This document shows, in pieces, positions 1 to 14,600 of a stretch of 64,000 bases of DNA. The stretch is from Balanoglossus misakiensis (taxonomy: Eukaryota > Animalia > Hemichordata): assembly GCA_040954595.2 (NCBI GenBank), contig CM082581.2, positions 3,650,699-3,714,698 on the forward strand. The letters are read 5' to 3'. The notes beneath the pieces are model-generated. The model saw nothing but the letters and a program-made list of their open reading frames with translations. It was not told the DNA's origin and ran no database searches. Position 1 is the stretch's first letter, and each line of letters begins with the position of its first letter. The translations under genes were made by a program, and so were the position numbers.

Positions 1-20
1 CATTGAGGGATTACACAAGA

Positions 21-229
21 AAAAGTCTACACCGGAGTACATGGCCATATACAGACAGACAGACACACACACACATACATGTAGCGAGAGATCAATGGGC
101 AAGCACTGACTGACCCATAAGCTGCCAAAAAGTCTACACCGGAGTACATGGCCATATACAGACAGACACACACACACACACATAGCGAGAGATCAATCGG
201 CAAACACTGACTGACCCATAAGCTGCCAA
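21..229. repeat. Two ~105-bp direct repeats with (CA)n; duplicate at ~19382-19590
   Basis: aaaagtctacaccggagtacatggccatatacagacagac...cactgactgacccataagctgccaa occurs twice. Confidence 0.8.
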
Positions 230-1464
230 TGGCATAACAGCTGGCCTCTTTAAAACTTAGCCAGTTATGTAATCATTCAGGAATTTGCTGTGTAAATCAA
301 TCACACCAGGGCACTTCCTGCCTAATTAAAACAACTCAATAAAGTAAATACACACCACTTTGCAAAGCAATCTGACCAGTAGTTCTTGAGTTACTGAGTT
401 TTGACCAAATTCACATTTTTCCAGCTAATTTGCATATGTTTGGCAATGACAACTTCATTTGAACAAACTCCCATCTACAGCCCAGCCTGCATCTGCACAC
501 CAAATATCAAGGTGATACACGCAGCGGTTTTCAAGTTTTTGATGTGGACGGACATACAGACATACATCCATCCACCCATACATACATACATACAACAGAC
601 GCAACCGATCCCATAAGGTCCCATGGTCTATACCATTGGGACCTAAAAACCGAAATGAAGTCAAGCATCACTCATTTTCGACATATAATTGAAAAATACA
701 AGATCATGAATTTGAACAGCGAGACTGAGTTTTCATAATATATTGCTGATTATATAATCTGGTCATTAATTGTTCCTGGCTGGTTTTGTCTGCAGAACAA
801 TGAAACATAAATTCTCCATCAACATTACCCACACTATAACATTTCAAACTGTTCCTGTTTACTTTGGTTAATACAACAAGAGACACTACAATGTGATTGC
901 ATTACCTCAAATGGTGCGAATATTTTCAAGCTAACAAAATTTCTAAATACATGTAGCACCATGGAAGTATAGACTTTGTTATTTATTGAAATACAATGAG
1001 ATACTCTGGGTAAGCCATTGCATCATTGAAGACGACAAATATCGATGGATTTTGTACGTTGTCCGTGACACTGTCATAGCAGTCAGTCGGATCATTTGGA
1101 TTCTTGGATGGTGGTACCAACATGGTCTGAGCCCCTCTTGCAAACTCTCCTGTCAGAACTTTTGCCTGGTACATATATTTCTTGCCACTACTATCTGGTG
1201 GTGTGTATGTTGAGCTTGATGAATAGCTAGCATTCACAGCAAAGTAGCTTCCTACTCCATAATATGTAGCTGTAATTGAAAAGATGGAAGAATACATAAT
1301 TGTATGCACGTTATTTTCAGAATGCATGTAAAGAAAGTCAGCACATAAAAGGATGGTCTTATAAGACTGTCAACAGCCGCTCAATTGTGCCGTTGTGCAT
1401 AATATATATTTGTCTAAATTAAGTTGCTTCCATATATCACTAGGCACACATGACTGTTTAATAA

Positions 1465-1896
1465 AGGTATACGGTCACCTTAAATTTTGCAAATTTAGGT
1501 AAGGTTACCACGGATAATTGAGAATCTAGCCAATCACAGATTTTCAATGGGTGGCACAGGAGAAAAAAAAGAGTGCCTCGACTTGTCCTTGGAACACTCA
1601 GATACGCCATTTTAGCCATATATTAGACTAGCCCACTATTCTCTTGGTGATTTTTAAATCTCAATACTTTTTGTGTTTTCGGTGGTTTTTTGTCTTAATA
1701 AATAATTGCAATACTTTTTGCGTGCATGCTTGCCTTGAGCATGTTTTTGGTAATGAGGTGAGTTTCGAATTTGGGACTGAGCTTGTGGTTTCAGGTAGCG
1801 TCGACCAAGCCTACGCGTTCCCTACACATAATGAAGCCCATAGACTTGGAGCAAGTCTATAGCCATATATGAGCATGGAGGTGACTGTATATACCT
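1465..1896. mobile_element. Kolobok-like MITE in the last intron of copy A
   Basis: TIR AGGTATACGGTCACCT / AGGTGACTGTATATACCT with ATAA/TTAA flanks. Same element at 20833-21266; related partial copy at 38906-39054. Confidence 0.7.
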
Positions 1897-4800
1897 TTAA
1901 GCTCAACTGAAGAACTTACATGTACCATTGTAGTACAGCTCACAACCTGTCAATTACTATACTGTATCGGAGCCCTTTTACCCTGGTTCTTTGAGGGTGC
2001 AACTAGCAATTAAAGCATAGCAGTCATAAATCACATGATCCACACAGAACTCGCCCATATTAGTGCCTAGCTGCATTGCTAATTTTAATAGATAAAAAAG
2101 GTGTGAGCAACTACTTACAGTGTAAGGATGGCCTTATCTAAACATTATGTAAACATCCTAGTACATTCAAATGATCACTTCGCCAACACTTATAATTTTC
2201 AAATTTGTAATATGAATCATTTACCATTTTTCCCTGCAAAACTCCTATTGAAGCCGCCAGCATTTATTTTTGAGACAGAATCAGCACTTGTGCCGTGGTA
2301 CAGCCTCTTCTCATTCTTTGTTCCAGGTTTGTTTTTATCATCCAAATTTTGCTTCAGAACCTCATATTGGCGATAAAATCTTGGATTCTGAATGCGTTCA
2401 ATCTACAATATGGACAACGATCCCTTTTTATTACTACGGTATAACTTAAGTGTGAAAATATGATTCAAGTAGCATCAGTAAAATATGACCACCTGGTGAG
2501 CGTATGGATCCTTAACCAACATGGTTCAAACTGGTTCTCACTCCCACAAACTTGGGACTTAAGCTTTAATTATCCAACATTGATCTTTTAATGTCATATC
2601 CCTACTGTATATGTGTATCACCATTGAAATTGATGAATTAAGGCTTACCTTACAGATTTGCTTTAATGCGTAGGACTGCAGAGTCTGTCTGAAAGGTTTT
2701 GCAACAGCATCATATTCAGGGGACTTTTCATCAAGGAGAACTGTCTTCACCTGTTCACTAGGTGCCATATTTGCCCAAATTGGTGGGAGATTGACACCAC
2801 CTGAAAAGACATTTGGGATACATATACCTACAATTAGACTATTTTATTTGCAACTGAAGGGACAATATAGTTTCCTGCTCTTGACATTAATTTGCGTCAA
2901 ATGCTATGACTGTATCGGAGGTAATACTGACCTTCCTTCACCTGTCTTCTCACTTCCACTGCGCTACAACCAGGGTCATCAAGGTCAATCTCTGTCATGC
3001 TTTGGAAATCTATCTTGTACCTTCCTCCTTCGATGTTCACCACTACATGCTGCTTCTTCTCATGATGAGCTTTTTCAATAAAGCCGGTAGTCAAAGAATC
3101 ATACTCTTCCAGCTGCTCATTCTCGTTCAAGAACACCCACTTCACATTTTTGGCCATCAGCTTTGCCTCGCTTTCCAGTCTCTCCTCTGCGTGTATACGG
3201 TCAAGAAGAGTATTTGCCTTTCCTTGAACTTTCATTACATCCCTTGGTCCACCTTGTATAAGTAGCCTACAAACTGACCCAGTGTCAACTTTTTCAACTT
3301 TCACCTAAATGAAAAAAAGAAGAAAATATATGTGACAGAGTAGGCCAAAATGAACTATTGTTGCCTAGGATCACCCGAGAATGCTGTCATTTATACATTT
3401 TGTCTATTCCATCATTCCACGTCATGTGTGTGTGCACACACACACACACACACATACGGGTATTAGCCAAACAGTCTATGACCATTTATGATAAACATCT
3501 TTCACATTCTTTGAAATAGTCAATCAACTTCAAATACACATCTCACTGCAACATATACTGACGTACAAACTAGATTTTCAGAATGAAATGAAAAGTTTCA
3601 TACTTACGCTTAATGTTTCTGCAAAGTTTAGCAGACTTGCCATATCCTCGTCTGAGAGTTTTCTGACACTGTCTTTATCAATACACTATAATGTCAAAAA
3701 AGATAAAGAATAACAACTACATGTAGGTCTATGGCATAATGAAGAGGGGCTGTGTTGACTTAAATGCATCATGGGCCACAAAAGTGTACACACATAAACC
3801 CTTTCACCACCATTTCTATGGTTGAACCTCTAAAGAGGGAACTGAAAGGGTTAAAATGTAATGTCAGATTTGCTCACCACATCTGAAGATTCACTTTCCA
3901 TTGTTTTTTCAATGCTTTTTATTGCATTACCAATAGCTTGCTCAGATCCAGCATATATATCTAAGATAACCGTGTTCCACTGCTTTGGGGTAGCTCTGTC
4001 ATCTTCTTTATCAGAAAATCCAAACACTTGCTTGACTGCCCCTAGAAATTGATGAAAAGAGAGCAAATAGTGGACTGCAGTTAATTATAAATATACTGAA
4101 GACAAATTAAATAATCAACTAAAGACATAAATAATGAACTGTTTCATTTATGTCTAGCTGATACATTAATTTTGAAGACAAAGAAACATGTCCAAGGGCC
4201 AAACAGAAAAAAATAAGAAAAGATAGGAAGTTGCCATACACTTCTCTATAACTCTAACGCAATTGTTTCTTTGTCATTGTCATTGTGACTTGTCACCTGT
4301 ACGACCATGAATAAATGGAATATCTGGTGTAGAATTAAAGACCACTTACCAAACATTTTACTAAATGTTCCACGTTCATCCTGTGTTTGTGGCTTTGCTA
4401 TCAAATCAGTCATTGCATCCTGAAATACACTAACGATTTGCCGCTGAAAGATGGTGATTCTGATGAGTTTCAGATTATGTGGATGAACCTTCTGGAAGAA
4501 GTCACCAATTGCCTGAAATGTCTTGTTGGCAACATCCTTTGAATCAATACCCAGTCCACCTGATGGATTACATAAATGTTAGTCCATAATTCATATTACG
4601 AGTAAAATATTAAGTGCGATCATAACTCAATATTCCAAAACTCAAAGGTTGAATATTACTGTTAAGTATTCACTATTACTGTAGAGTCCTTGTATTGTGG
4701 AATATTTCCACCTGAAATATGTGCATTTTCAAAAAAATTCTAAGTGAAGCTATAGTGTGTAATCAATGCCACAGCTAGCTCGCAGATTCTTAGATTAGGT

Positions 4801-6269
4801 TCACACTTTTCAAAGATTCCGATTTTTGGATTTGAAGATAGTCTGCATGGGTTCAATTAAGGTTAGGCTGGCGAGATACTAGCCTTGGACGACTCAAAGA
4901 TACAATAGACACAATAGGATACCAAGGCTTGCCAGAAGAAGTGTTTGTTAAATCTGCTGATATCATTGATACATCACCATGGGTACATTATGTGGCAAGA
5001 AGCATACGGTACATGTACGGTATACCTGAGGAAATGCACAAATAAATTTTAAAAAAATTACTTTACCTGTACCAATGGCTGGCATGGCCAGTGACTTTAT
5101 TCCCGATCGCTCTGCCAACTGTAAAATCTCCATGATACTCTGGTCCAGGTTTTGTTGAGTTGCTGTTACCAGGTGAATGATTTTGCTACATCGTAGCTTT
5201 CCAGCTCCAGTTATAACAGCACTACCAGGGTTCTGTCTACCAAGTTGTCCACATTCATCCATGATAGTCCTGCCTCCAATTTTCAAAATAGCTTTGGAAA
5301 CAGCGCCTTCACATTGATATAAATTAAAATGTGGCTTAAGTGGGCATCACATGCAAAAGTAGTTATTTATTAAACACGCACAGTGCAAAACTGGTACAAA
5401 ATATCAAAACATGTAATTTATAGGACAGGATACACAGGGCAGGTTTGATACATTGAACTGGTTTCTATATCTTACCCTGACTGAGATCCAGACGTTCATT
5501 TGTACTGTTGACAATGGCATCAGTGGTTTCCTTGGTAATGTCACCTGGTTGTACTTGCACACAAATATTCCCAATCATCATCTGCCATTCATCTCTCCTC
5601 TTCTGGATACCAGTAAACAAATTTTGACCTGGAAAGAAAAGTTGATTAGAAAAGTATTCTGAACAATTACAATTCTGCTCATGTGACTTAATGACACACT
5701 TCAAATTATGCATGCTATACTATGAATACCAAAATTAATAATTATGGTAGATCTTGATATTAAATTCTACATCCAAACTAAGTCATTGTTTTAATAATAT
5801 TGGATACTTACAGGGGGATCAATATGCTTCAGTGCATGTCAAAACGTTGCTGACAACTTTTTATAAAGGAGTTAAATTTTGTGAGGGTCACAGCAAATGT
5901 ATTTCAACTCATTCTCTCAACTGAGAAAACGGTTAGTGTACATAATATAAAGTTATGCAAATGATTCCAGGGCAATACATGTACTCTGAAGTGCCTACCA
6001 CCAGCAGAGCTGCTTGCATACTGTGCACCAGCTGTGTTCTGAGAAAGTGGCATCGATTGATGACCATGTCCCTTCCTCCCTGTGCCTGGAATCTTCTTAC
6101 CACCATCGTTTTTCTGAGGCGTCACCGTTGGCTTTTTAGAGTGGCGTTTTCTGAGCACTTTCCCAGTGAGTCTGGTGATTTCATCTTCAAAGGCCTAAAT
6201 ATTGAATTCAGAAACATGGACAAAACGCTGGAATACTCTTACCAGAGGAGATCATTTGAGCAGCAAAAT

Positions 6270-6432
6270 TCACTGTAAGTTTGCTGCAAATCTGCAGAAA
6301 GCTTATAGTGTGCAGGAAGGAGCTGCAGAAATTTGCAGGTAAATAGGCTTCTGGCAAGTTTGCTGCAAAGTTGCTGCAAATTAGTAATTTGTGGCAAAGT
6401 TGCAGTTACATGTAATTGTTGCAAATTTGCAC
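6270..6432. repeat. Degenerate short tandem repeat (ttgctgcaaa/tgcag motifs); duplicate at ~25640-25800
   Basis: Recurrent gtttgctgcaaa, ctgcagaaa and ttgcaaatttgca. Confidence 0.5.
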
Positions 6433-7358
6433 TTGAGTTCCTACTTCATTCAAATTGAATAATTAGTTGAAATTAGGCCATATTACATATGGTATATTCC
6501 AAAACTCATAGGTCAAATAGCACATTTACATGGCCAATTGCAAATACTGACCCAAAACAACATATTGTTCCTAGGATTTTAGGGGTTTTCAGTTAAAGGG
6601 TAAGTAGTACCTCAATAAAAAGTTCCTTAAAAGACCCATATTTCTTGATGTTGGCATTTCTATAGAAATAAACAACAGCCCTTTTGTCAGCATGTGCACA
6701 GAACCGTTTGTTGGGAAACAAAAAGACTGTCTGTGCCCATGTATAATTGCATTGCCCCTTTTAAGTGTCAAAAATGCTGTTGTCTTTCACATTATCAGAT
6801 TTTAATTACCTTAATGGTTTCATGATCTTGGTCGTACACCACAAATCTGATATCTGTCAGTTGACTTTGGGGTTTCTTAGAACTGAAACTCTTGGCCTCT
6901 TCATACATTATCTTAGCTGTAGTGTCCTTTGGATACTTCAGACCACCAGTACCAATGGCAGGAACAGCAATTGACTTCATCCCACACTGATCAGCCATAT
7001 CAAAACATTTCTGCAAGATTCCTCTTAATATCTGTGAAAATAATTATGTTGTAAACACAGGGCTCAGAGGGTAACTCCTCTTTACTTAATAAAACTTGAT
7101 TGCCTGCAAAATTTTGCTGAAGATTTGAAGAGTGTGACGTACAGCCTACATGTACATTGTATTATGACACAATCAAAATATAAAAAAATATTATACCGCA
7201 TTGTGAGACACATTTTATAATAACTGTGTACAATACACAAGACTTACCGGGTATTGTAAGTTCCTCCAAAAACTTTTCCACTATACATTATAATTTTTTA
7301 ACATATTACATTGTATTTTTTTCCTATAAACTTTTTACATACTTGATTACTAGTATTA

Positions 7359-7751
7359 TTACATATGTACCGTCGATTACTTGCACCGAGCGCGCGCGTA
7401 ACATCGGTACTTGCACTCAGTGCAATACCAAAAACATTATGCCATACCTGTATGCAAATGAGTGGCCTGTTCACGAAACAAGCAATATCATTCCGCGGTC
7501 TCATTTCTTTCATTTTCGGTATTTTTTTCAAAATGGGATGAACATATGTAATAAAAACAGAACCCCATGTCTCAATCGTGCCAGCACGGCGTACCGGTAG
7601 TATTTGCACTCGTGCTGGCGGTGTATTCTTGCTGCCCCCCGCATGAGCGACAGCGAGTGCGGGGGACGGGCGCAAGAATACACCGCCAGACACTCGATGC
7701 AAATACTACCGTTACGCCGTGCTTGCACGATCGAGCCATGGGGTTCTGTCA
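7359..7751. mobile_element. Compound palindromic insertion (two abutting inverted-repeat elements), present only in copy A
   Basis: Flanked by TATTA direct repeats; the empty site is at ~26706 in copy B. Left part ttacatatgt...acatatgtaa; right part a ~190-bp hairpin cagaacccc...ggggttctg (7558-7748). Confidence 0.75.
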
Positions 7752-10700
7752 TATTATATAATTACTGACGTTCAGCCAATTACTTCAGTCATAAATACAA
7801 ATCTTACTTTTTCTGCTTTTCCAGAACTGTCCCACTGACAACACAAGACATGGTAGACTTTTTTACACTTCAATTTTCCAGTTGCCGGTGTCACAATCAC
7901 ATCCCCTTCATTATTTGAAACCTCTGTCTTCTGGATGTCAACTTCTTGCTGAAGTTGTCTGCCAGCAATTTGTAGGATGGCTTTGGAAACAGCACCGGTA
8001 TTCAAATCCAAGGTCGTTTGTGTTGTGTTTACGAGCACATCAACCTGTGTTCAAATATAGTACATGTCATGAAATTAGTCAAGTCAATTAACCTGCTCAA
8101 ATACTCAACTTACATATACTTTTGCACTTCAAAAATATCCAAATTGATATTTGGGAATGACATGATGTAAAATTAATACCTTTGATTTTGCAATGCTCCC
8201 TTTGATTAATTTTATGTTCTTGTTTTCAGCAGTTTTCACAACATAGGGGTCTTTAGTAGCTTGTACATTTGCACTGGAATCCTCCTCACTCTCTTCATCT
8301 GAAGACTTTGCTGCTCTGTGACTCCGTACCAGTTGCCAATCATCATCATCATCTTAGTAGTAAAACATAAAACAACTTGACAACAGAGAAAAATGACAAC
8401 ATTTGTGTTACTGATGAGAGAAAATGCATCTTGATTTTAAAGAGATTTCAGTGTCATGGTCAATGTATATGGTCCACATGTAGCATGCAGTACGTATTTT
8501 GCTACCTTTCATGAAGAATGGGAACATATCATCATTACAAGAGACATATATCCTACCATTTGGGAGGTAAACATGTAATAAATGAAGACGCAGAATGATT
8601 GAAAATATTAATTCTTATTGACAAAAATAGTATTTGAATCTAAAATACATTACCAGGAAGTCCTTTTTTAAAGGTCTCAAGGGGGAACATTACTGATACC
8701 TCTTCTGACTGATATTACAACATTCATTGTACAAATTCATTGACAATTAGAAATAAAACATCAATCCACCACCAACCTTGTGATGTTTCTTCACAGGTTA
8801 CAACAACACTACCAGACCCATACAGCTCAATCAATGAATCCTGGAATTGTTGACAAGTTGCATCACTATTGTCAACAAATCTGATCTCCATCAGGGACCT
8901 TGGTTTGCTGGATGAGCAATGACGGTGTACTGCACCAATAATAGTCTTCACACACAAGTCCAATGGAAATCCAAGCCCACCAGAACCGATGGCAGGAATA
9001 CCAATAGATGTATGGCCCAACTTCTCTGCTATCTTCAGACTGTTGCAAACAGCATCAGTAAGCAAAAGCTCTTCTCTCCGCGGGCCTTGACCTTCCCAAT
9101 TACTATACCGGTGTGTTGATCCATGCCACATTGGAGCAACAGCATGAATAACGTTTTTACAGGGCAGATTACCAGGTCCTGTGACAGCAGCTTGGCCTTC
9201 AAACAACTTCCCACTTCTGCTGATCATTTGTTGGCATTCTCCTTGAAGGTCTGGACCACCTGAAAAATGAAATAATCAGATCATTATAAACTCTCAATTG
9301 TTCAACAGACAACATGGAAATTAGCAATAATAAATAATCTGTCCACTTTATTGTTATTTTTTTCTAATTCAGTAGTGTACAACGTTACAAAACACGATTT
9401 ATTTTGGAAGGTAAATTTCTTCTTCTGGAATACATATTACAATACTGTGATATACTGAAAATGTACCTGCATCTGCAATTGCTTTGGTTAGCCCACCACC
9501 TGAGGAGTCAAGTCTTGAATTAGCAGCATTAATGATGGCATCTACATGCATCTTTGTGAGATCGCCTTTGCCGACCACAATCCTCCTCCTATCCTGCATA
9601 ATGTGATAACACAGAATGTGATAGGTTGTGGGCTGGGGCACCAGAGCTCTGTTCTCAAAGCCTTCTTCGTTGAAATCATCAGTCCCTTTGTTGTCTTCAT
9701 CTGATGGGTCATTGACATCAATTTTACACTGGCACTGGTCTTCCACCATTCTCAGGTAAGATTTACCTTTCTCCTCTCTGAAGAGCTTGGCCATCCCTGG
9801 TTTGTCTACAGGATATGGACGTCTACACACACTGTCTGCCAGCTGTCTCAGTTGTTTGACGGCCATTTTAACATCATCTTCTGCTCCTTTGATTGTTACA
9901 AGGACAGATGACCCCGTTGCTTGACGACGCAGTTGCAAAGGTAGTCTTTGGCCACCGTTTTCAATCCTGACCATGGCATCTGTCTTGTAGGCATCAATGT
10001 ACTTCATTCGACCGCTTTCAATTTTCACTGACTCATCAACTTCAGTGTTCACCGCAATGTAGTCCTTCAGCTGAGCCAAAACAGTTTGGATCTCTGTCTG
10101 GAATCCTATGATCAAAACTGTCTTCTTGTCTCCTTTTGGAATGTCTATTTTGGTCACGTGATTTTCTTGCAACTGTGTTACCAGTTTTTGCCATTCTTGT
10201 TTTTGAATGGCTGGTAAAGAGCGTGGTTGCAGTTGTATCTTCTCCTCCACTATGCTTCTTTGTATGATTTGACTAGCAGTAGCTAAGTCCTCCTGACTCA
10301 TGGTGGACAAAACAATCCCATCATCCCCAACAAAGTAAATAGCTTGAATTTTGCTTTGTTTGAACGTGTCGTAGATTCTTTGGCTGACATCTGGCAACTG
10401 TAAAAATTCCACATATGACTGGGTTGGTGGCTTGAAGCTCATTTTAGGCATTTTGCTCATGGTTTCGTACATGTCACATTTTGCAGCATTAACATCATTT
10501 GGCAAACCATTAAAGGATATCTGTTTTGACTTCAGTGTGACTTTTACAGTCAAGTCAGGAAATTTTGCCATGGCGCTTTTGCTGAAGTTGCACATAAGGA
10601 GCTGTTTAATCTTCAAGATATCCAGCTTCTGGTTCTCTTTAATCATTTTCTTTGCCTTCTGCATTTGATCTTCGATGTCCTTGATCACCTGGTTAACTTT

Positions 10701-11482
10701 GTCTTCAACTTGTTCCACACGCTCTAGCCTGCCAGTTATCAAGATACGTGAAGAGTTCTGGTCATCAATTACCTCCACTTCTCCAGTTGCCCATCCTGCC
10801 TTCTGACTGATCACTTGCAGCCAGATGCCTTCCAAGACAGACACGTCAGCACACTTGAAATTCTTCAGGAACTTGGAGAGAGCTTCGTTCACTGTCTTGG
10901 ACCAGTCTTTGCATTTCTGGTGCCGGTTTTCCACTTCCTCTGGAAAACTGGGAATGATAAGAATGGAATCATTGCTTCCTGCTGCGGGCCATTCATGCTG
11001 GGCATAGACTTTTGACAGCGATTTCTTCAGTTCTTCCAGGTACTGTGGTTTGGATGTGATGTAATTAAGAACGTTTGGATGGGCCTTTATGGTAATTGGA
11101 TCGGGTATTCTGGCTGGTGGTTCATCACTACTCACAACTTCACCGAGGCACTCATAATATGGTTGGACTTGTACTGCCTTCTTGTTTACTTTATGTTGTT
11201 TTGACAACACTGAATCTAGAACTGAGGACACAAGAGAAGAAACCCTATCATCAATGCCCTCCACTTAGGTTAGCAAACAAAATATCATGTGATTGTCCTG
11301 TGGAAAATTTGGATTCCTTATATCATGTATACAGAGAACGTTAAAATGCCAATGGTTCCATGGAATTACATGAATTTTAAAAAAAATTTACTTCAAACTC
11401 TGAAAACTATAACCCTGAAATCTTTCTTTAAAATCTCACAGCTTGAAAGTAAAGTCTTTGTCAACTTTCTCATGTTCTTAAT

Positions 11483-11603
11483 CAATCTGATTAAAATCAG
11501 ATGTAGGGAACGGTGACATGGTTTTTTTTATGCTGTCGTAGTGTGAGGCGACACCATAAAAAAAAACACGTCGCCGTTCCCTACATCTGATTTTATCAGA
11601 TTG
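11483..11603. repeat. Intronic ~120-bp hairpin; duplicate at ~30283-30403
   Basis: caatctgattaaaatcagatgtagggaacgg ... ccgttccctacatctgattttatcagattg. Confidence 0.7.
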
Positions 11604-14600
11604 GTTTTAATTACCTTTGTAATCTTTGAAACTGACCAATGCAGTCCCAGTATCTTCTTTCATTTCAACGTCAACCACTTCGCCTCCACCACTTTTCTTT
11701 TTAGCCTCAAAGTACAGTTCCAGAGTATCATCAGTAACATTTGGAGGAAGATTTTTTACCATGATACAATTGGTGAGATGCACAGGTTCAACTGTAATCT
11801 TGGCTTTGTTCAATTTCCTCTTTCCAATTTTTTTCTTTATATTTTCAAAATCTGAAGAAAAACAATATCCCTCTAGAATTCTATGTTGTATAATGAAATG
11901 CAATTCAGTTGGCATTTCACCACTTCGACAATGGATCACATACTTTTTAAAATAGAATTCAGAATCTAATTAAGCAATAACAGGATCAAGCATTAAACAT
12001 AAAGCAGATAAGAAAAAGTGACAAGACAGGCATCGCGCATGGCTAAGTATAAGGTATCAAACATTCTCACAGAGCAGTTCCAAAATAAAATGTCTGTATT
12101 TTTGCTTTGTTTATTTGGTTTACCCCCACATTTTCCCTGATGCATGCTTAGTTCAAGCAATGCTAAAACAGTATTTTAGCATCACTAGATTGAGCTCTCC
12201 AATCAGAACGGCAGACGGTAGTATGATATAATATAATATGATTTCCATAGTAATAGAAAATAGGATGTCTGCATATAACTGTTAATTTAAACTAATCACT
12301 GTTCATTCTGTGTGTGCTTTGCAAGTTGTCTGTGCCGTGCAACATGTATTTTCCTTTGTTTCCAGCTGTCTGTGTAAACTGGCCATGAAAATGTGATATT
12401 TGATTCATGATTTTTGGAATGCAGACGGGCATGATTGCAATTATGTATCTGATTTATTTAACATTCTACAGCTTATGTTTACCTTTAATTTCGTCATCAT
12501 ATCGAACTAGTACCACATCAGGTTCTTCACCAAAAAGTAGTTCTGCATCGTCCTCCATCCCAGTACAGTTTTCCAAGTATAACTCAAGATGTTCTCTTTT
12601 TGTGCCATCTGCCAATCCTCTCAACAGAAAACTCTTTCCATCTCTGGGAAGCTTTGGTTTCTTTTTTTTCTTTGCAGGCTCTCTGACGGTCAGCTTCATT
12701 TTAGATATTTTGTGATTTTGACGTTCAAGAACTCTTGCTGCATCTGCAAAGATTTTATAAATATTAATATGTAAGTTGTGGATTTGGCTGACAGGTTTCG
12801 TGCAAGCCTTGTCTGCTACATTGAGTGGAGTACGGTCTGCATTTGAAATCCTGTAAAACACAAGTTGGCATTGCACTTCATGAAACCAAATGTAATAATA
12901 CTGAATAGATAGCCCTCCAATAGTGCTTACCATCTGGACTTTTAAATGTAATGACCAGTACACCATTGATGACTTCCTTGGATTCAATTGTACCACCACC
13001 TGATCGCTTACTTTCAAAGTAAAGTTCCAGTGTCTCAGTGCTTGTGTCTGGAGGGAAACCTGTCACTTCTATTGTACAGTTGGCTTCTTCTTCTTCTTCT
13101 GAATCACTCTCTATTACAGGAAGTAAGAATATTGATATAACCACAGTGACTCACCGCGCTCATGAAAGTAATGATACAGAATCACATACCGGTATATGTA
13201 ATCTGTAATAATACAGTGTGCCAAGTCCATCTTGATTCTTGTATTGCCCATCTATCACAAAACATTATCCACATCACTGAGTATGCATGCCAAGTGAACA
13301 TGCAACTCCTGCTTTCACTTATATACATTGATCCATCAAACATAAGTCAAATGAAGATTAGCATATAGTGGGGGGGGGAACAATTATCCTGGAAAAGTAT
13401 AAAACCATTATACTTCATAATAACCGAACACACAGCTGAGTTTAGGCAAAAAACATCTGATACCTTCATGGTCACTCAGTTCATGTTGTTTCTTTTTCTC
13501 TCTTGTTGGTTGGAACTGTTGTACTATTAATGGTCTCCCTCCCAAAGCATGCTTTCCATGGTTTAGAACTCGTTCTGCCACTAGAAAATGGGGAATAGAG
13601 AAATGGACACAATTAAAATTCTACTTATGCAAATCATGTGAAATGAGTTTTCTTTACTCACCACTTACTAAGCCTTGATAACATACCGGTAGTTTGGTGT
13701 TTATTGTGTAGAAGCTACATGTTCTAGTATAATTTTTAAATCAATATATTTTGTCAAACATACATCAACAATTTCATTGTCATAAGATTTCACCTGTTTT
13801 TAATTTTAGCTGACCAGCTACCACACTGCCACAAAACAAATATAAGAAAAATTGGCAATCTGGCCAATGATGTCTTTGGAAATATGTTCTTTTCTCTGTT
13901 ATGAAAATCAAGACCTTTCAAGAAATATGATTTTGGGATACATTGTAGCAGTGATATTTGAACAGGTAAATAATCTTACCTTCTGGGCTTTCATACGTAA
14001 TGACAAAGGTTTCATCATCTTTCATTTCACACGCTGCAAATGGTCCTCCACCAGATTTTCTCTTGCTCTCAAAATACATCTCCAAAGTTTCCTGAGATGT
14101 GTCTTTCTTAAATCCGGTGACTTCCAATTTACAGGGATCAACCTGAATGGTATCTGAGAATGAAAAAATTGAGCATAAATGATATGCACTTTTGCATAAA
14201 ATGTTTGGAAATGCCATACAATCACACAAAATATGTCAAGCCGATCATGTTTGTCCAGCCATTTAAAACAATATCCACATCACTCAGAGTACGGTATTTA
14301 TGTCAAGTGTACATGCAATTCAGGCTTTACTTTGATTTTGTATACATTGATCCATCAAATGTACTATTAAAAAGTCAAACGAAGAAGCATAGTGGGGGAA
14401 AAACTAAAACCATTCTAGAAAAGTTTTTACCATAATACCCATGATCATAAAAAATATATATGATCATAAAAAAAGACACAGCTCAATTAGTAGGCGAGAA
14501 ACATCTGATACCTTCATGGTCACTCAGTTCATGTTGTATCTTTTTCTCCCTTGTTGGTTGGAACTGTTTTACTATTAATGGTCTCCCTTCCAAAACATGC

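Noticed and set aside
7226-7761. Overlapping ORFs of 64-134 aa
   Set aside because: They lie in a GC-rich palindromic insertion within an intron and show no recognisable protein motif.
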